Positions 9,101-18,266 of a DNA stretch of 64,000 nt are shown piece after piece (positions within the stretch are counted from its first letter, which is position 1; every line of letters begins with the position of its first letter). The position numbers and the translations under genes are program-made. The notes beneath the pieces were generated by a model, which saw only the letters and a list, made by a program, of their open reading frames with translations, was not told where the DNA came from and searched no databases. Source of the stretch: Verrucomicrobiales bacterium (lineage in GTDB: Bacteria; Verrucomicrobiota; Verrucomicrobiia; Verrucomicrobiales; V1-33); NCBI GenBank assembly GCA_038210825.1, contig JBBQWG010000036.1, forward strand, positions 607 through 64,606. The letters run 5' to 3'.

Positions 9101-9373
9101 GAAGGCCTTGCTTTGGTTGGGGCTCCCGACTCCAGCTTTGTGATCATCAGTGTCACACCTGGTCCCAACCCTGGCGAACTGACCCTTACCTTCCCATCCA
9201 CTCCAGGCGCGAACTACGGGATCGAATATGACTTGGATCTGCAAGGCGTCTGGACGTCTGCGGGCACCACCACCGGGGCCGCCGGAGCCACGACTTCCGT
9301 CGTGGTGAATCCGGCCACGCTCAGTGGCGGCACCGCTCCCGGCCGGATGTTCTTCCGCATCCGCCGGCTCTGA
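6176..9373 (+). CDS. Large secreted protein: L-lectin/ConA-like domain, three PA14-like repeats and a C-terminal PVC-type domain
   Basis: Signal peptide from ATG 6176; ADGFSINF/VGFDTYDN lectin motifs; three repeats of (S/A)DDG(F/W)A(L/M)...EG(G/A)GG; ends GRMFFRIRRL. Confidence 0.8.
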   Translation: MRTTRLPAVLKGSLCGLLAIPACLTAGTYTNDFSAGPAGLTIYTIAGAPPEVRPTDGNPGGYLKLTDAVGSTTSTVIFPDLDAGYPVQSFIFEVDCRIGNGTANPADGFSINFARNGDATLDDGIGFNGGAAEEGTPTGLSVGFDTYDNGNGDVVGFSIKRDGTVLLEVPAPVRNGAIDDPLSLQTGPIGSAGWARLRVELKNDGTLDVTWKGTKVVDNLATNWVPSGGRMVFAARTGGEWEAHHFDNVSLTTTPAPLAAVTSAVASSTGFTFRITDFGATSVVTPATFNFLTIEGATVTPTSVTKSGNVTTVTYVPPTPLGNQITSTYSLEFRDQNNVALSSNGSVTTPVLPEADLLATAPVLDVWNVREVKDGPINPFNIGRAASMFSSATNIVDATSPYMNFFDPNTNGGGGGLFRFDRNFLTNTDADDNDIIQGANVLVNITGTTPAELQRSFWVQSDDGFALRIKGAQFINKSGGGLIDPADSRTLVFPGGTGNSNTRGLAQFPAAGQYVVEFLYFEGGGGAYNEVAWATGDFINNTNGTAWTLVGGGGENPVLPTPLPATPTGAPVNQWNVREIRAPYGNNLAGAITTASGDLTGLNVVDGTAPVINFNDLDGVRGNFLGLFRNDLPFIGNIPGDDNEFISVSRASITVPAAGLYTFGILADDGWALTVPGAWFTGTNGTGALDPRNSAVLYAPGFSDTPTLAVLNVPAAGTYDVFYIAQEGAGGAAWELFYAPGSFGSVGATSAWQLLGSPANAPAPVPLLPDTLPGPAGGEGTWGLRFVRGVDGQGNNIYNAVNSAVAGGGNITDTTAPYLNFADLDGGQGDLGLFNANNATAAYQVADFEYDGSVGADDQIIAIAKATIVIPAGQGGEWTFGVRSDDGFAMRINGAVFQRVSGGSFIDPALRDTVYFRFGTGNSDARAVVNLTEGTHQVDFLWFEGGGGSYFELYAAQGAFNNDGDTPNWRLVGGPEGLALVGAPDSSFVIISVTPGPNPGELTLTFPSTPGANYGIEYDLDLQGVWTSAGTTTGAAGATTSVVVNPATLSGGTAPGRMFFRIRRL

Positions 9374-9411
9374 TCGCGGGGGCTCTCGCCCTCTCCATCA
9401 AACAACAGCCT

Positions 9412-9446
9412 ACCGGCTCCCGGATTTCCGGGGGCCGGTTTTTTTT
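9412..9446 (+). terminator. Rho-independent terminator
   Basis: ACCGGCTCCCGGA-TT-TCCGGGGGCCGGT stem followed by a T-run. Confidence 0.85.
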
Positions 9447-9676
9447 CGGGGGCGGTGAGCATGCTTTTTGGGAAAATAACGCGCTGCGGATTGGGCGGAT
9501 GTATCGAAGGTGAATGACGGACAGGGGTCGGCGAGAGGTCTTTCCGCGGGCATCAGGAGCGGGGAGGCGAATTGAGAGACGAAGTTCCGGCAGATTGAAC
9601 AAGTCTCCGGTTGAGCAGGCCAGATACCCCGCAAGGATTGATTCCGGCAAATCCAGACCCTTACCCCCAAAATATC

Positions 9677-10219
9677 ATGCACAGCGAAATCGAACTCACC
9701 CGCGAGGTGGAAGCCATTCAAATCCCCAGCGGCGACACTGTGGTCCTGCCAGCCGGAGTGAAAGTCATCATTACCCAGAGCCTGGGAGGCAGTTACACCG
9801 TGGCCACCGAGCAGGGCCTGGCGCGGATCTCGGCGAAAAATGCAGATGCCCTGGGCATTGAGAAAAAGGACGGCAGCAGCGGAAACATGGATGAGGTGCT
9901 GACCGGTCCGGAATTGGAAGCCGCGATCTGGGAACAACTGAAAGGGGTCTTTGATCCGGAAATCCCGGTTAACATCGTGGACCTGGGGCTGGTGTATGGC
10001 TGTGAGGTCAACGAAACCGACGAAGGCCGTGTGGTGGATGTGAAAATGACCCTGACCGCTCCTGGCTGCGGCATGGGCCCGACCATCGCCGCCGACGCCC
10101 AGGGCAAAATCATGCAACTCCAGGGCATCGCCAATGCCCGCGTGGAACTGGTCTGGGAACCCGCGTGGAATCAGGCCATGATCAGCGAAGTGGGCCGGAT
10201 GCAGTTGGGGATGGTTTGA
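9677..10219 (+). CDS. sufT: Putative Fe-S cluster assembly protein SufT (DUF59/PaaD-like)
   Basis: ITQSLGGSYTV, VFDPEIPVNIVDLGLVY and MTLTAPGCGMG motifs. Confidence 0.9.
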   Translation: MHSEIELTREVEAIQIPSGDTVVLPAGVKVIITQSLGGSYTVATEQGLARISAKNADALGIEKKDGSSGNMDEVLTGPELEAAIWEQLKGVFDPEIPVNIVDLGLVYGCEVNETDEGRVVDVKMTLTAPGCGMGPTIAADAQGKIMQLQGIANARVELVWEPAWNQAMISEVGRMQLGMV

Positions 10220-10589
10220 GGGCAGAGCGGGGAGAAAGGGGAGAGTATAGAGGATAGGAGATTGGGATGGAGAAGCGCGAATGAGGAGGGGGTTTGAGTG
10301 AGGAGGGCGGACATTCTGTCCGCCTGGTCCAGGTCAACAGAATGTTGACCCTCCTCAGCGGGCGGGCCTCGCGCGGGCGATTCACTTCGAAGAACCTGAT
10401 CCAGGATCGGAGGTGGGCAGGGGATACCTCTGGGAAAAGTCGCGGATGGCGGTTTTTCTCACCCCGGCGGCGATTTCCAGGATAGGCTGCATTTCCTCGC
10501 GGCCAGGCGCGGGCTTCAGGCTGAGGGCCAGCTTCACGGCTTCCAATGGGTGGAAGAGCGCTGCGGTGGCCGACTGGGATAACACAAAA

Positions 10590-11885
10590 TCACAGCACCC
10601 GCGCCATGAGCCGGGAGTTGCGGCCGCTTTTGCGGAGCTTCTCCAAGCGGTCGGGTGGCAGCAGGTCCTCCTGGGCGGGGAGGAAACCCAGCTTGTTCCC
10701 AAAGTAGTTATAGGCCTGGGTGCTCAGGGCAAAGAGGATCTTGGCTCCGGCATCGCGGGCGCGTTTTTCCGCGAATTTGACCAGCTTTTTGCCATACCCC
10801 ATGCCTTCGTGGCTGCGGCGGATGTAGAGGAACCCGACCTCGGCGAGTTTTTCCTCCGGATAGGGCCGCACCATCACCGTGCCCACCAGTTGGCCATCGA
10901 CCTCCAAAACAAAATAGTCACCCAGGCGATCACGGATTTCCTGACGGCTGCGGGCCACGATTTCCTCGTCGTCCACGGCGCGGCGGACGAGGCCGATGAT
11001 GCCGGGGATATCGGCTTTCCGGGCGGGGCGGATTTGTTGATAGGCATCCGCGTAGATCATGGTGCCCACGCCTTCGATACTGAAGAGTTCACCGAGCAGG
11101 GCGTCATCGGTGCGGCCATCAAGGAAATGGGCGCGCGGCACTCCGCCTTCACAGGCGCGGGCGGCATGGCGGATCTGCACCTGCTTCAGACTGTCGACGG
11201 CTTCACGGGACAGGCTGCCCGGGGCGGGCGGAGCGGCGAGGGCCTTGGCTTCACCCACGGAAAGCTGGCGGATCCGGGTGCCTTGGGCATCCTCGATGGC
11301 ACCGGGGCCCACAAAGAGGAGCTTGGAGGCCCCGAGGGCGATGGCGACTTCCACGGCGGCGGCGGCGGAATTGACCCGCAGCACCCGGCCCTGCTTTTCA
11401 TAACCCAGCGGCGGAATGATAGGGACCATGCCGTCGCCGATGAACAGTTTGAGGGATTGGGCGTCCACGCGGTCGATAGTGCCGGTGCTGCCGAGATCGC
11501 GCCCGCGGATCACGCCGGCCGGATGGGCGGCAACGGCATTGGCCACCCCTGCGCGCAGACCGACCACGGTGAGTTGCTGCATCAGATCGGTGGTGAGCCG
11601 GCTGATGGCATCAAGGGCGACCTCCAGTGTGGCGTCATCGGTGACGCCGGTGGCATCGGCATTGGTCAGCGGAATGCCGCGTTTGGCGGCGAGGTCGGTG
11701 ATCTGGTGCCGGGCTCCGAAAACGACCACCAGTTTGATGCTGAGGGAATGCAGGACCGCCAGATCCAGCATCACATTGGCCATGTTCTCGTGTTCGACAA
11801 TGCCGCTGTCGATCAGGACGATAAAGGTCTGTCCGCGGAATTGAGGCACGTAGCGCAGGATGCCTCGGATATCGTCGTATTTCAT
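10590..11885 (-). CDS. argA: Amino-acid N-acetyltransferase (N-acetylglutamate synthase)
   Basis: AAK domain (LRYVPQFRGQTF...ELFSIEGVGTMI) plus GNAT domain (HEGMGYGKKL, LSTQA, RNSR). Confidence 0.92.
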   Translation of the reverse strand: MKYDDIRGILRYVPQFRGQTFIVLIDSGIVEHENMANVMLDLAVLHSLSIKLVVVFGARHQITDLAAKRGIPLTNADATGVTDDATLEVALDAISRLTTDLMQQLTVVGLRAGVANAVAAHPAGVIRGRDLGSTGTIDRVDAQSLKLFIGDGMVPIIPPLGYEKQGRVLRVNSAAAAVEVAIALGASKLLFVGPGAIEDAQGTRIRQLSVGEAKALAAPPAPGSLSREAVDSLKQVQIRHAARACEGGVPRAHFLDGRTDDALLGELFSIEGVGTMIYADAYQQIRPARKADIPGIIGLVRRAVDDEEIVARSRQEIRDRLGDYFVLEVDGQLVGTVMVRPYPEEKLAEVGFLYIRRSHEGMGYGKKLVKFAEKRARDAGAKILFALSTQAYNYFGNKLGFLPAQEDLLPPDRLEKLRKSGRNSRLMARVL

Positions 11886-12172
11886 CAGGGGGAACAAGGG
11901 CGTCAGGGGACAGGATGTGGAGTGGCGGATGTATCGGTCCCTGCGGCCTAAAATCAAGACCTGATGAGCATGGCCTGTCCCCCGCGCGGCAGAGGCAGGT
12001 TGTTTACGGGATGGAGCGCGGGCACGCGCCATGGCTTGGAGGGACCGGCCCTTGATAAATGCCACCGCACCTCCGGCAGGCCAGCCCTTTGCCAGGGCGT
12101 GGCAGGGCTGATCGCTTGGGGATTGACCGGACAGACGAACCTGGCTACTCCATGAGCTGATCCATTTTCTCC

Positions 12173-12637
12173 ATGCAAAAATCTCAAGCTGTTTACGGGG
12201 CAATCCTCGCCCTTGCCCTGAGTTCCTGTGCGGTGGCTCCTGAGGGCCAATCAGAAACGGCCCCGGTCGGTCCTGCGGTGTTATCGCCTGAGCAGGAGCA
12301 GGGCGCGTTGGCCGGTCAGGTGGACTTCCGTTCCCATGTGGCTCCGATTCTGGAAAACCGCTGTCTGCCCTGCCATGATGGCCATGCCCTGCCGGGACAA
12401 TACAATGTCAGCCGCCGCACGACGGCTTTTGCGGCGGGACCGGCGGGGCCCCGCATTGTGCCGGGCGAGCCCGGGAAAAGTCTGATTTTCCTGAATCCCG
12501 GGGGCACGCATCAGAATCTTCAGGTAATGCCGCCGGTGGGGAACCGCCTGACAAGGGAAGAACTGGCCATCCTGCGCCGCTGGATCAACCAGGGGGCGGT
12601 TTGGCCGGCCGGTCAGGCTGGGGTCCTGACCCGCTGA
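12173..12637 (+). CDS. Lipoprotein with planctomycete-type cytochrome c domain
   Basis: Lipobox LSSC; VDFRSHVAPILENRCLPCH; IVPGEPGKS; MPP...WINQGA. Confidence 0.85.
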   Translation: MQKSQAVYGAILALALSSCAVAPEGQSETAPVGPAVLSPEQEQGALAGQVDFRSHVAPILENRCLPCHDGHALPGQYNVSRRTTAFAAGPAGPRIVPGEPGKSLIFLNPGGTHQNLQVMPPVGNRLTREELAILRRWINQGAVWPAGQAGVLTR

Positions 12638-13584
12638 CGTTTGGCGTATATCAAAAAGGCGATGCCGATAAAAATCATGAAGAGGGAATAATACTGACCC
12701 TCGGTGAAGCCGTAAATATGGCGGTCAGGCTCCCGGTATTGTTCGTCAATGATCCGCAGCACCGCATAACAAACAAAGAACAAACCGGTCAGGAGGCCAT
12801 GCGGAGCCTTCGGGTATTTTTCCCGCACCGTGAAGAGAATGAGGAAAAGGACCAGCCCTTCGAGGGCGGCGGCATAGAGCTGCGATGGATGGCGCAGGGT
12901 CAGGAGCGGACGCAGGCCTTCCGCAAAGGCGTCATTGGTGCGGGCGAGGGACAGGATCACCTCCCGGCCAGGCCAGGAGGCTGGATCGGCACCATGGGCC
13001 ACGGCGAGGTCACGGACGGCTTCCGCTTTGGCGGCAATCCCGGGGAGGGGGGAATCCGGGCTCCAGGTGGTGGCTTCCAAAGGGAATTTCATGCCCCAGG
13101 AAAATTGGGTGGCGCGGCCGTAGAGTTCTCCATTGATGAAGTTGGCGAGACGGCCCAGGAACAGGCCAACCGGGGCGGCGCAGACCAGATTGTCTCCGAG
13201 ACCGGGCCATGAGCGATGGTGCCGGCGGGCAAAATAAAGCGTAAAAAAGAATAGCCCGGCGATGCCACCATGACTGGCCATGCCGCCTCCCAGGACATTG
13301 AAAAAACTGAGGGGATTGGCGAGAAAGTCGTCCCACGCATAGAGCAGCATGTAGCCGAGCCGGCCGCCCAGCATGACGCCGAAGAGGGCGGCATAGGTGA
13401 TAAAATCGGCGACTTCCGTTTCCTTCAATTCTCCGATGCCTTTGCGGGCCCACCGGACCATGAGCCACCATGCAGCGACAAATCCGGCGACGTAGGCGAC
13501 ACCATACCAGCGGAGCTGGATGCTGTCAGTGAGGCGGAGCAGCACCGGGTCAAGACGGTGCAGGTATTCGGCAATAAAGATCAC
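12613..13584 (-). CDS. lgt: Prolipoprotein diacylglyceryl transferase
   Basis: LRWYG, LGGRLGY, GGMASHGG, LGRLANFINGELYGR and HPSQLY motifs. Confidence 0.96.
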   Translation of the reverse strand: MIFIAEYLHRLDPVLLRLTDSIQLRWYGVAYVAGFVAAWWLMVRWARKGIGELKETEVADFITYAALFGVMLGGRLGYMLLYAWDDFLANPLSFFNVLGGGMASHGGIAGLFFFTLYFARRHHRSWPGLGDNLVCAAPVGLFLGRLANFINGELYGRATQFSWGMKFPLEATTWSPDSPLPGIAAKAEAVRDLAVAHGADPASWPGREVILSLARTNDAFAEGLRPLLTLRHPSQLYAAALEGLVLFLILFTVREKYPKAPHGLLTGLFFVCYAVLRIIDEQYREPDRHIYGFTEGQYYSLFMIFIGIAFLIYAKRQRVRTPA

Positions 13585-13675
13585 GGGAGCATCCGAACGC
13601 GGCCCGGGGCGCAGTGCAATCGCAGACGGTGGGCGTCAACTGGCTGGCCGCGTTGCCCGCCGCCCCGGGGTTCTG

Positions 13676-15679
13676 TCAGGGATTTACGTAAGCTTCCGGC
13701 GGGAGGGGTTTGCCTTCCTTCTGGAGCAGTCTGAGGCAGCGCTGCAGTTTGTGGTCCACCCGGATCCTGATTTCGGTATCGGTGCTCAGATGAAGAGACG
13801 TGGTGAGGTAGCCGAGCGCTTTGTAATAATCCTTGCGGTAGAACATGAGGTAATCCCCATAGAGTTCGTTGACACTTTGGATATTCAGGCCCCAACGGAG
13901 GGCGGTGTGGAAATGGGCTTCGGCGGCGTCAAGGTGTCCGAGGTAGCTGGCCACTTTGCCTGCCTCCGCCGCCGCATAGGGATTTTGCGGATACAGGGCA
14001 AGGCCCTGCTGCAATTGGACCAGCGCCGTTTCGTAAAAAGGGGTGGCGTATTTTTCATTGGTCAGGCTGGCGAGATGCAATGTCACGAGACCGCGCATCT
14101 GCCATGCCACTGCATTCTGGGGATCAAGGGCGGTGGCCCGCTGGAAGGTTCCGCTCACGGCAATGAGTTCGGGCAGGGTGGTCGCCGTGGCCGTTTGTTT
14201 GAGGGCCTTGCGGTAGGTGAAATCGGCCGGAGCCAGCCGCCATGCCGCATGGATCAGCAGCAGGGAAACGGCCGCCGCCAGTCCGCCGATGGCAAGGCGG
14301 CGGTGACAGAGTTGCGTCCCGGCATTTTCTCTGGGAGCGCCAGAAGGCTTGGGACGGATTACAGGGAGGGTTTCGATCCTTGCAAAGCCGGGAGTGGCCA
14401 TCCATCCCAGCAGGAGACCGGTCAGGACGGCATTGCAGCCAATGTGGAGATTGAATTCCCAGACCGCCTGTGCCATCAGGCCGGCAATGCCTGCGGTAGC
14501 CCCCACAGCGAGGCCGGTGGCCAGCCCCGGGCTCCCGGCGGGGCTGGTGGACAGGGGCGCTTTCAGCGTCAATCGCAGAGCCCGCATGACATGGATGCCG
14601 GCGACAAGGAGAGTGAGGGCCAGTCCGATCAGACCATAGTCTGCGAGGCATTGCAGATAATCGTTATGCGCAAACAAGGCATCGATCTCCCCTGCATCCA
14701 CCCGCCAATGGGTATCCAAAGTCCGGAATCCCCTTTCCATGTATTCATAACTCCTCGCCCCGGTGCCAAGCAGGGGGGAGGTTTGCCATTGCTCAAGGGC
14801 AGCATCCCAAAGGGGTTGGCGGCCATTGAGGGAAGTCAGGCTGCCGGAAGAACCGAAAAAATTCTTCAGATTGGTTCCGGTCAGCGCAAGGAACCCCAGA
14901 AAAAGCAGGGCGATCCCGGCCAGTCCCCATCCGGCTCCGCGGCTGCTGAGACCCCGAACCTGGCGGCGGTTTCTCCACCAGAGCACCGCTGCGATGATAA
15001 CCAGAGTTCCCATGCCGGTGAAGAAGGCGAGGGCCCCTCCGCGGCTGGTCGAGAAGCCCACTCCGATGCCGGCGAGAAGAAAGCCGGCCAGCATCAGAAT
15101 CCGCAGAGTCCGGCTGAGTCCACGTCCCAGCACGGCGACTCCCAGCATGGGCATGCCTGCCATGGTGAGGAAGCCGGCGAAGTGGTTGCCACTTTCAAAA
15201 AATCCGCCGGCGGAGACTTCCGCAGCCCGGCGCAGGCCGAAGGGTTTGAAAATGGACAGCCGGGGATCCACAAAATACTGATAGAGTCCCAGCCCGGTAT
15301 TGCCGGCGACCAGCAGGAGCAGCACCAGCAGGATGGCGATCCTCGGGCCGGCCCCGGTGAACCGCGTGGCCACGAGGAGATAGGTTACAAGGGCGGTGCC
15401 GCCAAACACCAGATCCGGGCGGGCCAGCCATGCCACTTCGGACGTATAGGCCCGGATGCCGATGTAGGTGGAAAAACCGAGCAGGACCAGGATCGCCCCC
15501 CAGCCAACCGACTCCGTGGTGCGGTGCTGCCTGCCGATCAGGGAGCCTGCTCCGGCTATCCCTATCAGAGCCGCTCCATACCAAAAAGGAGTGGTTTCCG
15601 CCCACGTGCCGAAAACCCCCACCAGCAGCAGACCGGCCAGAAAAAAGACCAGCCAGACCGATTCCAAAATGCGCATCAT
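13676..15679 (-). CDS. O-antigen ligase (Wzy_C) family membrane protein with C-terminal TPR repeats
   Basis: Multiple TM helices; STSRGG, PLLGTGA and AHNDYLQ motifs; TPR-like helices at the C-terminus. Confidence 0.85.
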   Translation of the reverse strand: MMRILESVWLVFFLAGLLLVGVFGTWAETTPFWYGAALIGIAGAGSLIGRQHRTTESVGWGAILVLLGFSTYIGIRAYTSEVAWLARPDLVFGGTALVTYLLVATRFTGAGPRIAILLVLLLLVAGNTGLGLYQYFVDPRLSIFKPFGLRRAAEVSAGGFFESGNHFAGFLTMAGMPMLGVAVLGRGLSRTLRILMLAGFLLAGIGVGFSTSRGGALAFFTGMGTLVIIAAVLWWRNRRQVRGLSSRGAGWGLAGIALLFLGFLALTGTNLKNFFGSSGSLTSLNGRQPLWDAALEQWQTSPLLGTGARSYEYMERGFRTLDTHWRVDAGEIDALFAHNDYLQCLADYGLIGLALTLLVAGIHVMRALRLTLKAPLSTSPAGSPGLATGLAVGATAGIAGLMAQAVWEFNLHIGCNAVLTGLLLGWMATPGFARIETLPVIRPKPSGAPRENAGTQLCHRRLAIGGLAAAVSLLLIHAAWRLAPADFTYRKALKQTATATTLPELIAVSGTFQRATALDPQNAVAWQMRGLVTLHLASLTNEKYATPFYETALVQLQQGLALYPQNPYAAAEAGKVASYLGHLDAAEAHFHTALRWGLNIQSVNELYGDYLMFYRKDYYKALGYLTTSLHLSTDTEIRIRVDHKLQRCLRLLQKEGKPLPPEAYVNP

Positions 15680-15740
15680 GACCGGGAGGCTAACCGGCTG
15701 GCGCGAGGATGCAAGACTCGTCCGCTTGCCAAATGCAGCC

Positions 15741-17492
15741 TTATCCCGGTTTCCGTTTGGCCTGCAGGACGGCTTCTATTTGCCCCAGCGGCAGACAATT
15801 GACGACATCCTGCCGGGTCAGCCATCCCTTGCGGGCGGACCTCAGGCCATACCACAAGTCCTGCAGCCCATGCACCGTGTGGGCATCCGGATTGATGGCG
15901 CACCGGATCCCTTTTTCCCTGGCCATGCGCCACCAGCGCCAGTCCATGTCCAGCCGCCACGGACTGGAGTTCAGTTCGATGATGGTGCCGGTGGCGGCAC
16001 ACGCGTCGAGAATGGCCGGAAGATTGACGGCATACGGCTCCCTTCTGAGCAGCAGCCGGCCGGTGATATGCCCCAGCATGGTAACGTGGGGGTTTTCCAC
16101 CGCGCGGATAATCCGGGCGGTCATCTCCGCTTCCGGCAGGTTGAAGACGTTGTGCACACTGGCCACCACGTAGTCCAATCCGGCGAGTATTTCGTCAGGA
16201 AAATCCAGGGAACCATCCTTCAGGATATCCACTTCCGATCCGGCAAAAAGCCGGAAGTCAGGCCCCAGTTCCTCATTCAAGTCCCGGATTTCTGCGGTCT
16301 GCGCCAGCAGGCGGACCACGTCGAGCCCATTGGCCTGGAAAGAGGATTTGCTATGGTCGGCAATGCCCAGGTATTCCATGCCCAGCTCCATGGCGGCTTC
16401 GGCCATTTGCCGGAGGGTGGCGTGGCCATCGCTGGCCGTGGTGTGGTTATGGAAGGTGCCGCGCAGATTCTCCAGTTCCACCAGACGGGGCAGGGCACCT
16501 TCCTCCGCCGCCTCGATCTCTCCCGACCCCTCCCGCAGGGCCGGGTCGATGAAGTCGAGCCCGAGAGCCCGGTGCAGGTCGCGTTCTTCATAAATGTCCC
16601 CGGGCACCTCCGGCGAATCTGCTCCCGTGGGGGCAAAACGGTATTCGTTCAACGTCCAGCCGTGCTGCAAGGCCCTCGCCCGCAGTTGGATATTGTGTTC
16701 CTTGCTCCCGGTGAAATAGGCCAGGGCAAACGGAAATTCCGCATTGCCCACGGCCCGCAGATCGCACTGCACCCCGCTGTGCAGCCGGATGGAGGTCTTG
16801 GTAGGGCCGGAGGCAATGACCGAATGCACCCACGGCGGCCTGACAAAATCCTCCATGAGGGTCTGGGGGTTTCTGGTGGCCACCAGAAAATCCAGATCGT
16901 GCACCGTCTCCCGGCCCCGGCGGAAGCTGCCGGCGACTTCTGCGCGGGAGGTGTCAGGATGATTCCGGAGATAGTCGAGGATTTCGCGGGCGGCCGGTGC
17001 CACCTGGTCCACCCGGAAGGTGTCCGCGAAACGCGCGCGGGCGGCGATGGCTTCCAGCAACTTGGCCGCCGTCTTTTCCCCGAAGCCGGCCAGCTTGGAG
17101 GCCTCGCCGGATTCACAGGCCCGTTGCAGGTCTGTGATCGAGCTGACGCCGAGTTCGCGGTGGAGGGCGGCGATTTTTTTGGCTCCGAGACCGGAGATTT
17201 CAAAAAGTTCAAATATCGTGTCAGGGAATTCAGTCTTCAGTTTTTCCAGGAAGGGCAGTGAGCCGGTGCTGGCCAGCACATGGAGTTTGTCGCGCAAGGC
17301 TTCCCCGATGCCCTTGATGCCTGCCAGGTGGTTGTCCCGGGCCAGTTGCAGGAAATCGCCCGGATAAGTCCGCACCGTTTCGGCCCCGGTGCGGTAAGCG
17401 CGGATTTTAAAGGGGTTCTCTCCCTTGAGTTCAAGCAGGGTGGCGATTTGCTCGAGGGCGTCGATGAGGGTTTCGCGGGAAGTGTCAGGCAT
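15741..17492 (-). CDS. polX: DNA polymerase X with PHP domain
   Basis: ENPFKIRAY, GSFRRGRETVHDLD, YFTGSKEHN, HNHTTASDG and INPDAH motifs. Confidence 0.95.
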   Translation of the reverse strand: MPDTSRETLIDALEQIATLLELKGENPFKIRAYRTGAETVRTYPGDFLQLARDNHLAGIKGIGEALRDKLHVLASTGSLPFLEKLKTEFPDTIFELFEISGLGAKKIAALHRELGVSSITDLQRACESGEASKLAGFGEKTAAKLLEAIAARARFADTFRVDQVAPAAREILDYLRNHPDTSRAEVAGSFRRGRETVHDLDFLVATRNPQTLMEDFVRPPWVHSVIASGPTKTSIRLHSGVQCDLRAVGNAEFPFALAYFTGSKEHNIQLRARALQHGWTLNEYRFAPTGADSPEVPGDIYEERDLHRALGLDFIDPALREGSGEIEAAEEGALPRLVELENLRGTFHNHTTASDGHATLRQMAEAAMELGMEYLGIADHSKSSFQANGLDVVRLLAQTAEIRDLNEELGPDFRLFAGSEVDILKDGSLDFPDEILAGLDYVVASVHNVFNLPEAEMTARIIRAVENPHVTMLGHITGRLLLRREPYAVNLPAILDACAATGTIIELNSSPWRLDMDWRWWRMAREKGIRCAINPDAHTVHGLQDLWYGLRSARKGWLTRQDVVNCLPLGQIEAVLQAKRKPG

Positions 17493-18153
17493 GGGACGTC
17501 AGGGAGGCAAGGGAATCCAGCAGGAAGGGCGCAAAATGGGCCGCCGCCTCCTCCACGGTCATCGCCGGCACTCCTTCGCGTTCCAGCGAAGTCATGATGA
17601 CGCCGTCAATGCCGCAGGGGGTGATGGAGTCGAAGCCGCCGAGATCGCCGCTGACATTGATGGCGAATCCATGCATGGAAATCCAGCGGCGTGCCCCCAC
17701 TCCAATGCTGGCGAGCTTCCGGCCGGGAGCGGCCCAGACTCCGGTTTGGCCGGGAGAACGCGCCGCTTCAATTCCCAGGGCATGACAGCCATGGATCAGA
17801 CCGGCTTCAAGGGCCCTCAAATAGTGGTGAAGGTCCTGTCCATAACGGATCAGATTGAGCACCGGATAACCCACCAACTGCCCCGGACCATGCCATGTCG
17901 CCTTGCCGCCACGCCCAATTTCCACCAAGGGCGCGGGCAAACTGGACAACTCGCCCAGGCTGGAGCGGTCCGGCGTGCGGCCAATGGTAAAGACGGGGTC
18001 ATGTTCCAGCAGCAGGAGAGTATCCGCGTCCTCCCCGGCAAGGTGGCGGGCGACGATTTCCTCCTGCAGAGCCAGCCCGGTGGCATAGTCCACCCGGCCC
18101 AGCCATCGCACAGCCGGGGTCAGGATTGAGGAAGGAGCAGAAGTCGCCACCAC
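17485..18153 (-). CDS. lipB: Lipoyl(octanoyl) transferase
   Basis: EHDPVFTIGR, RGGKATWHGPGQLVGYP, KLASIG, HGFAIN and ITPCG motifs. Start uncertain (GTG 18153 chosen). Confidence 0.93.
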   Translation of the reverse strand: MVATSAPSSILTPAVRWLGRVDYATGLALQEEIVARHLAGEDADTLLLLEHDPVFTIGRTPDRSSLGELSSLPAPLVEIGRGGKATWHGPGQLVGYPVLNLIRYGQDLHHYLRALEAGLIHGCHALGIEAARSPGQTGVWAAPGRKLASIGVGARRWISMHGFAINVSGDLGGFDSITPCGIDGVIMTSLEREGVPAMTVEEAAAHFAPFLLDSLASLTSHA

Positions 18154-18266
18154 TTCAGCAAACGGCCCGCCTGCAAGGATGCAATGGAAAAACCCCCTCG
18201 CCAAACGTCTGCGGATGCGCTGGAATGCGCCGTCCTGAACCCGCCGCTGCATTTCCCATTCATCCC

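Noticed and set aside
10382-10589. Protein-like minus-strand frame after argA
   Set aside because: Short, no clear start and no recognisable motif; cannot support a gene call.
12900-13090. Long insertion in the Lgt periplasmic loop
   Set aside because: This head region is known to vary in length among Lgt proteins, and all catalytic motifs are intact.
13520-17261. Long plus-strand ORFs (760 aa, 597 aa) and similar ones at 10413-11951 and 43670-45334
   Set aside because: Antisense shadows of well-supported minus-strand genes in GC-rich DNA.
15741-17492. Possible catalytically altered PolX
   Set aside because: The DxD (HDLD) and third Asp (CDLR) are present, so it appears canonical.
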